A DNA stretch of 64,000 bases from Candidatus Poribacteria bacterium (GTDB taxonomy: Bacteria; Poribacteria; WGA-4E; PCPOR2b), in the NCBI GenBank assembly GCA_965208325.1, contig OZ242326.1, positions 2,976,001-3,040,000 of the forward strand. The letters run 5' to 3'. Positions within the stretch are counted from its first letter, which is position 1. Each line of letters starts with the position of its first letter. Positions 60,345 through 64,000 of this stretch are shown piece by piece. The notes under the pieces were generated by a model. The model saw only the letters and a program-made list of their open reading frames with translations. It made no database searches and had not been told where the DNA came from. A program made the translations under genes and the position numbers.

Positions 60345-61730
60345 TTACCGCCGTACGTCAGAAAGCCGAGTACCCGGCATGGCATAGTATTCGCCATTTG
60401 TCACTTCGGCGACTCGGCGCTGAAAGACATCCCTTTCGGTTTGCCGCGGGTGTACGAAACCGCCGATGACGTAAACAATGGCACCGGCTTGGCGGCAAAC
60501 GGCAATTCCCCCGCCGGGGGTGTACCCCTTCTCCCGACGGCGGCTGGTTGCTTCGTCGGTTACGATAATCAATACAAGCTGGCGATGCTCCGGCGTGTCG
60601 AGCTTGGGGACGCCTTCCATTATGGCGTCGAGCAGGTGTTCATCGCCCTCCTTCGGAAGCCGAAATAGCTTCTTGACCTGCTCGGCATCCAACGGCGGTT
60701 TCGTCACTACGATTGAGCTTTCTCCTCCGCCTACCCGCGCCCAAAAGCGGATGACACCGAAACGATAGTCGAGTGCGTTCTCATCAAGCGCATCCGCCAA
60801 CCTATCGACTCCTATACATATTTCATCAGTATTAAATCCCATGCTGAAGCTGGAGTCGAAGATGAAGACAATATCGGAAGGCGACTTCACCGTTTCGACG
60901 AAGTGTTCGCCCATGAGTTCGAAAATCCCGGCGATCCTGAGAATCCGCTTATCTGTCATAGAGGTTGGCCACCTTCGCTGCTGATATTCATCAATGGGGC
61001 GCCACTTGCCTCCGGTTTCCTCAGCCAATTTCATCTGAACCGCGTTATTTACTCCAAAAACGTCAATGTGAATCTCCTCCTGCTTACACTGTTCAACAAT
61101 TTTACTTGCAAGCTGCTGTATAGCATTCTCCGCGTCCCACGTGGTTTGCAGGGGCGAATTTGTGACGACAATCAAGTGTTTGCGGGCGTCCGATCTGAAA
61201 TTCAACTCCCTTAACCCCCACATTATTGCATCAAGTCCATATCCGGTTGAGTGGTCGTGCCGAAAATCGTCGTAAAGACCTTCATGTACTGCACGCAGGC
61301 TGTCAATGAACGGACTGCCTTCAAATTTTGGGCCTCGATGATTTTGAAACCAGATTGGCGCTAACCGAAAATCGACTCCCGACTCATCGAACATACCCAC
61401 AATTTCGCCGAGATGTCTTTCAATTTGAACTATCGACGTTTTCATATTTTCGCCGCGTTCGATGACAAAGACGATATCAACCAAGTTATACTCACTTTGG
61501 CGGCTGGCGCGGCGAGCGATGCCGACAAGGCTTCTGCCGACATTTACCTTGGTTACTTCCGTTTCTTCCACTTTCGATTCTTTTTTCGGGTTAATCATGA
61601 TTTTCGATTGCCGGCGCGGCGGTTGGACTTGCGCCCCAGCGAACGCTGCTAATGCATCAACGACTATCCAGATAGCCAACACCATCAAAGCAATCCCCGA
61701 TTTCGAGGTGCATCGTTTCAATACAATCAT
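60345..61730 (-). CDS. Secreted tandem vWA-domain protein (paralogue 2)
   Basis: Colinear with 55359-56741; 'DIVFIFDSSFSM'; AAGGAG RBS before ATG 61730. Confidence 0.85.
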   Translation of the reverse strand: MIVLKRCTSKSGIALMVLAIWIVVDALAAFAGAQVQPPRRQSKIMINPKKESKVEETEVTKVNVGRSLVGIARRASRQSEYNLVDIVFVIERGENMKTSIVQIERHLGEIVGMFDESGVDFRLAPIWFQNHRGPKFEGSPFIDSLRAVHEGLYDDFRHDHSTGYGLDAIMWGLRELNFRSDARKHLIVVTNSPLQTTWDAENAIQQLASKIVEQCKQEEIHIDVFGVNNAVQMKLAEETGGKWRPIDEYQQRRWPTSMTDKRILRIAGIFELMGEHFVETVKSPSDIVFIFDSSFSMGFNTDEICIGVDRLADALDENALDYRFGVIRFWARVGGGESSIVVTKPPLDAEQVKKLFRLPKEGDEHLLDAIMEGVPKLDTPEHRQLVLIIVTDEATSRRREKGYTPGGGIAVCRQAGAIVYVIGGFVHPRQTERDVFQRRVAEVTNGEYYAMPGTRLSDVRR

Positions 61731-61828
61731 TGGATTTTCTCCTTTCTTGCTACGCCCAAGTCTTAATTGTGAATGACCCGTTGAACTGACTAACCCAACT
61801 GACAAGAACGGCAACCTAAATTTCCGTT

Positions 61829-64000
61829 CTACTTGACAACCACCATCCTCCGCAATGCAGTGTATTTGCCCGCCCGGAGTTGGTAGTAATAGGCGCCGCT
61901 CGTGACGGGTTCTCCGTTTTGGTTTCGGCCGTCCCAATACGCGGCTTTTGCTCGATCTCGGTATACTCCCGAAATCTGATGACCAATGTCGAGGGTGCGG
62001 ACGATATGACCGCTCTGATCATAGATGCTCAAGGTAACGAGCGCATCGTTCGCCAACTGGTAAGGTATCCAAGTTTCGGGGTTGAAAGCATTCGGATAAT
62101 TTTGCAGCAACGCTGTCCGTTTGATGTTTCCCAAGGTCGTGACGCGTTTTTCCAACGGTCTCACCGCTAATTGGATTGAAGACTCAACTTCCCACAGTAA
62201 CACCGTGCCGTCATGACTTCCGCTTGCGAGTGTGCGTCCATCGAGACTAAACGCCACGCTCTCGACCGAAGCTGTGTGCCCCTTGAGTGTCCGCCGGTGT
62301 TTTCCAGTATCAGCGTTCCACAGTAGGATGGTATTGTCCAAACTTCCGCTAGCGATGGTGTTGCCATCTGGACTGAACGCAACGCTAGAGACCCAATCTG
62401 CATGCCCTAAAAGCGTTTTCTGGTGTCTTCCGGTATCAGCGTTCCACAGCCGGACGGTACCGTCCATACTCCCGCTAACGATGGTGTTACCATCAGGACT
62501 AAACGCAACACTGTGGACTTCAAATCCATGGCCTAAGAGTGTTTTCTGGTGTCTTCCGGTATCGGCGTTCCACAGGCGGATGGTATCGTCCTTGCTTCCA
62601 CTGGCGATGGTGCTGCCATCGGGACTGAATGCAACGCTTAGTACCAACCATTTATGCCCCCTGAGCGTTTTCTGGTGTTCGCCGGTGTCAATGTTCCACA
62701 GCCAAATATCTTCCCAAGTCCCGCTAGCGATGGTGTTGCCATCGGGGCTGAACGCAACGCCGGATACCTGACCTGTGAACGTTTTCTGGTGTTCGCCGGT
62801 ACGAGCGTTCCACAAGAGGATGGTATCGTCCAAACTCCCGCTAGCGATGGTGTTGCCATCGGGACTAAACGCAACACTGTTGACCCCATCTGAATGCCCG
62901 TCAAGTGTTTTCTGGTGTTTTCCCGTTTCAACGTGCCACAAGCGGATGGTACCGTCCAAACTCCCGCTAGCGATTGTGTTGTCATCGGGACTAAACGCAA
63001 CACTGTCGACCCCATCTGAATGCCCGTCAAGTGTTTTCTGGTGTTTTCCCGTTTCAACGTGCCACAGGCGGATGGTACCGTCCAAACTCCCGCTAGCGAT
63101 TGTGCTGCCATCGGGACTAAACGCAATACTGTCGATCCGAAATGTATGCCCGCTGAGCGTTTTCTGGTGTTCGCCGGTATGAGCGTTCCAAAGCTGGATT
63201 TCATCCCAATTCCCGCCAGCGATGGTGTTGCCGTCTGGACTAAACGCTACGCTTTCGACCCAATGCCTATGCCCCTTGAGCGTTTTAATCGATAATAGGT
63301 GTTCTCCGGTATGAGCGTTCCATAAACGGATGGTACTGTCCCGACTGCCGCTAACGGTAAAATTTCCGTCTGGACTAAACGCTACGCTTACGACCCAATG
63401 CTTGTGCCCCTTGAGCGTTTGCTGAAGTTTTCCGGTATCGGCGTTCCAAAGACGGAGGGTATTGTCCTCGCTTCCACTAGCAATGGTATTGCCATCGGGA
63501 CTCAACGTAACGCTTTCGACTGGCGCTGTATGCCCCTTGAGTGTTTGCTGAAGTTTTCCGGTATCGGCGTTCCAAAGACGGAGGGTGTGGTCCCAACTCC
63601 CGCTAACGATGGTGTTGCCATCGGGATTGAACGCAACACTTTCGACTGGCGCTGTATGCCCCTTGAGCGTTTGCTGAAGTTTTCCGGTATCGGCGTTCCA
63701 AAGACGGAGGGTATTGTCCGCGCTTCCACTAGCGATGGTGTTGCCATCGGGACTAAATGCAACGCTACGAACCGAATGCATATTTCTAGTGAGCAGAGCG
63801 ATCTCTTGAAGAGTCGCCGTATCGTATAGCCAAATACCGATACTACTGGCAACCGCAAGGCGGGTGCCGTCGGGCGAAAACTGTATTTCACGGGTTATAC
63901 CTTTACCAAGGCGCGCTTGGGCGCCCTTGGGCAGCCCCCATAGCGGAAAATCTTGGGCGCCGCCGGGCGGTACGCACAGCACGGAAACAAAAATGAATAA
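61829..64000 (-). CDS. Secreted WD40-repeat protein with C-terminal FlgD/T9SS-type-A-like domain (paralogue 3, 5' end outside window)
   Basis: Frame is open to the window edge; WD40 repeats; 'LLQNYPNAFNPETWIPYQL'. Confidence 0.92.
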   Translation of the reverse strand, partial: LFIFVSVLCVPPGGAQDFPLWGLPKGAQARLGKGITREIQFSPDGTRLAVASSIGIWLYDTATLQEIALLTRNMHSVRSVAFSPDGNTIASGSADNTLRLWNADTGKLQQTLKGHTAPVESVAFNPDGNTIVSGSWDHTLRLWNADTGKLQQTLKGHTAPVESVTLSPDGNTIASGSEDNTLRLWNADTGKLQQTLKGHKHWVVSVAFSPDGNFTVSGSRDSTIRLWNAHTGEHLLSIKTLKGHRHWVESVAFSPDGNTIAGGNWDEIQLWNAHTGEHQKTLSGHTFRIDSIAFSPDGSTIASGSLDGTIRLWHVETGKHQKTLDGHSDGVDSVAFSPDDNTIASGSLDGTIRLWHVETGKHQKTLDGHSDGVNSVAFSPDGNTIASGSLDDTILLWNARTGEHQKTFTGQVSGVAFSPDGNTIASGTWEDIWLWNIDTGEHQKTLRGHKWLVLSVAFSPDGSTIASGSKDDTIRLWNADTGRHQKTLLGHGFEVHSVAFSPDGNTIVSGSMDGTVRLWNADTGRHQKTLLGHADWVSSVAFSPDGNTIASGSLDNTILLWNADTGKHRRTLKGHTASVESVAFSLDGRTLASGSHDGTVLLWEVESSIQLAVRPLEKRVTTLGNIKRTALLQNYPNAFNPETWIPYQLANDALVTLSIYDQSGHIVRTLDIGHQISGVYRDRAKAAYWDGRNQNGEPVTSGAYYYQLRAGKYTALRRMVVVK

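Noticed and set aside
45712..63891. Many alternative-frame and antisense ORFs over the WD40 genes
   Set aside because: These are shadow ORFs caused by the repetitive codon structure of the WD40 repeats.
45426..64000. Diversity-generating retroelement acting on WD40/vWA genes
   Set aside because: There is no reverse transcriptase in the window, and I saw no adenine-specific template/variable repeat pair; the similarity is ordinary paralogy.

Overview
This is a bacterial chromosomal window. Its gene content suggests Candidatus Poribacteria or a similar lineage (inference, not verified): secreted WD40 proteins with an 'NPFNPETWIPYQL' C-terminal domain, TPR proteins, a sialidase and many GTAG-type REP-like repeats. 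0-21 kb is mostly housekeeping: TPR proteins, lytic transglycosylase-lpxB, prpB-prpC-mazG, an M6 protease, PHP, rbsK and nrdR-nrdJ. 21.4-35.2 kb is an accessory, defence-like island with no integrase. It holds an orphan UvrD-like helicase, a Type ISP restriction-modification enzyme, a translationally coupled TIR + membrane-protein pair and a small GIY-YIG gene divergent from an XRE/ImmA pair. It ends with an uncharacterised 'ANRRNAQKSTGP..GK..NALKHGL' protein followed by four non-palindromic direct repeats, the last two of which bracket two cargo genes. 35-45 kb has duplicated MFS genes, an O-antigen ligase, a gluconolactonase-family protein, a sialidase and a candidate ~90-nt sRNA. 45-64 kb has three paralogous secreted WD40 genes, two of them paired with double-vWA genes, two homologous sigma-54 promoter/enhancer regions and a PAS kinase/NtrC-family pair. 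It also has REP clusters and an IS4/IS50-like element inserted into a REP palindrome with a 9-bp target duplication. No rRNA, tRNA or CRISPR array was recognised. All calls come from reading motifs by eye; no database searches were run.
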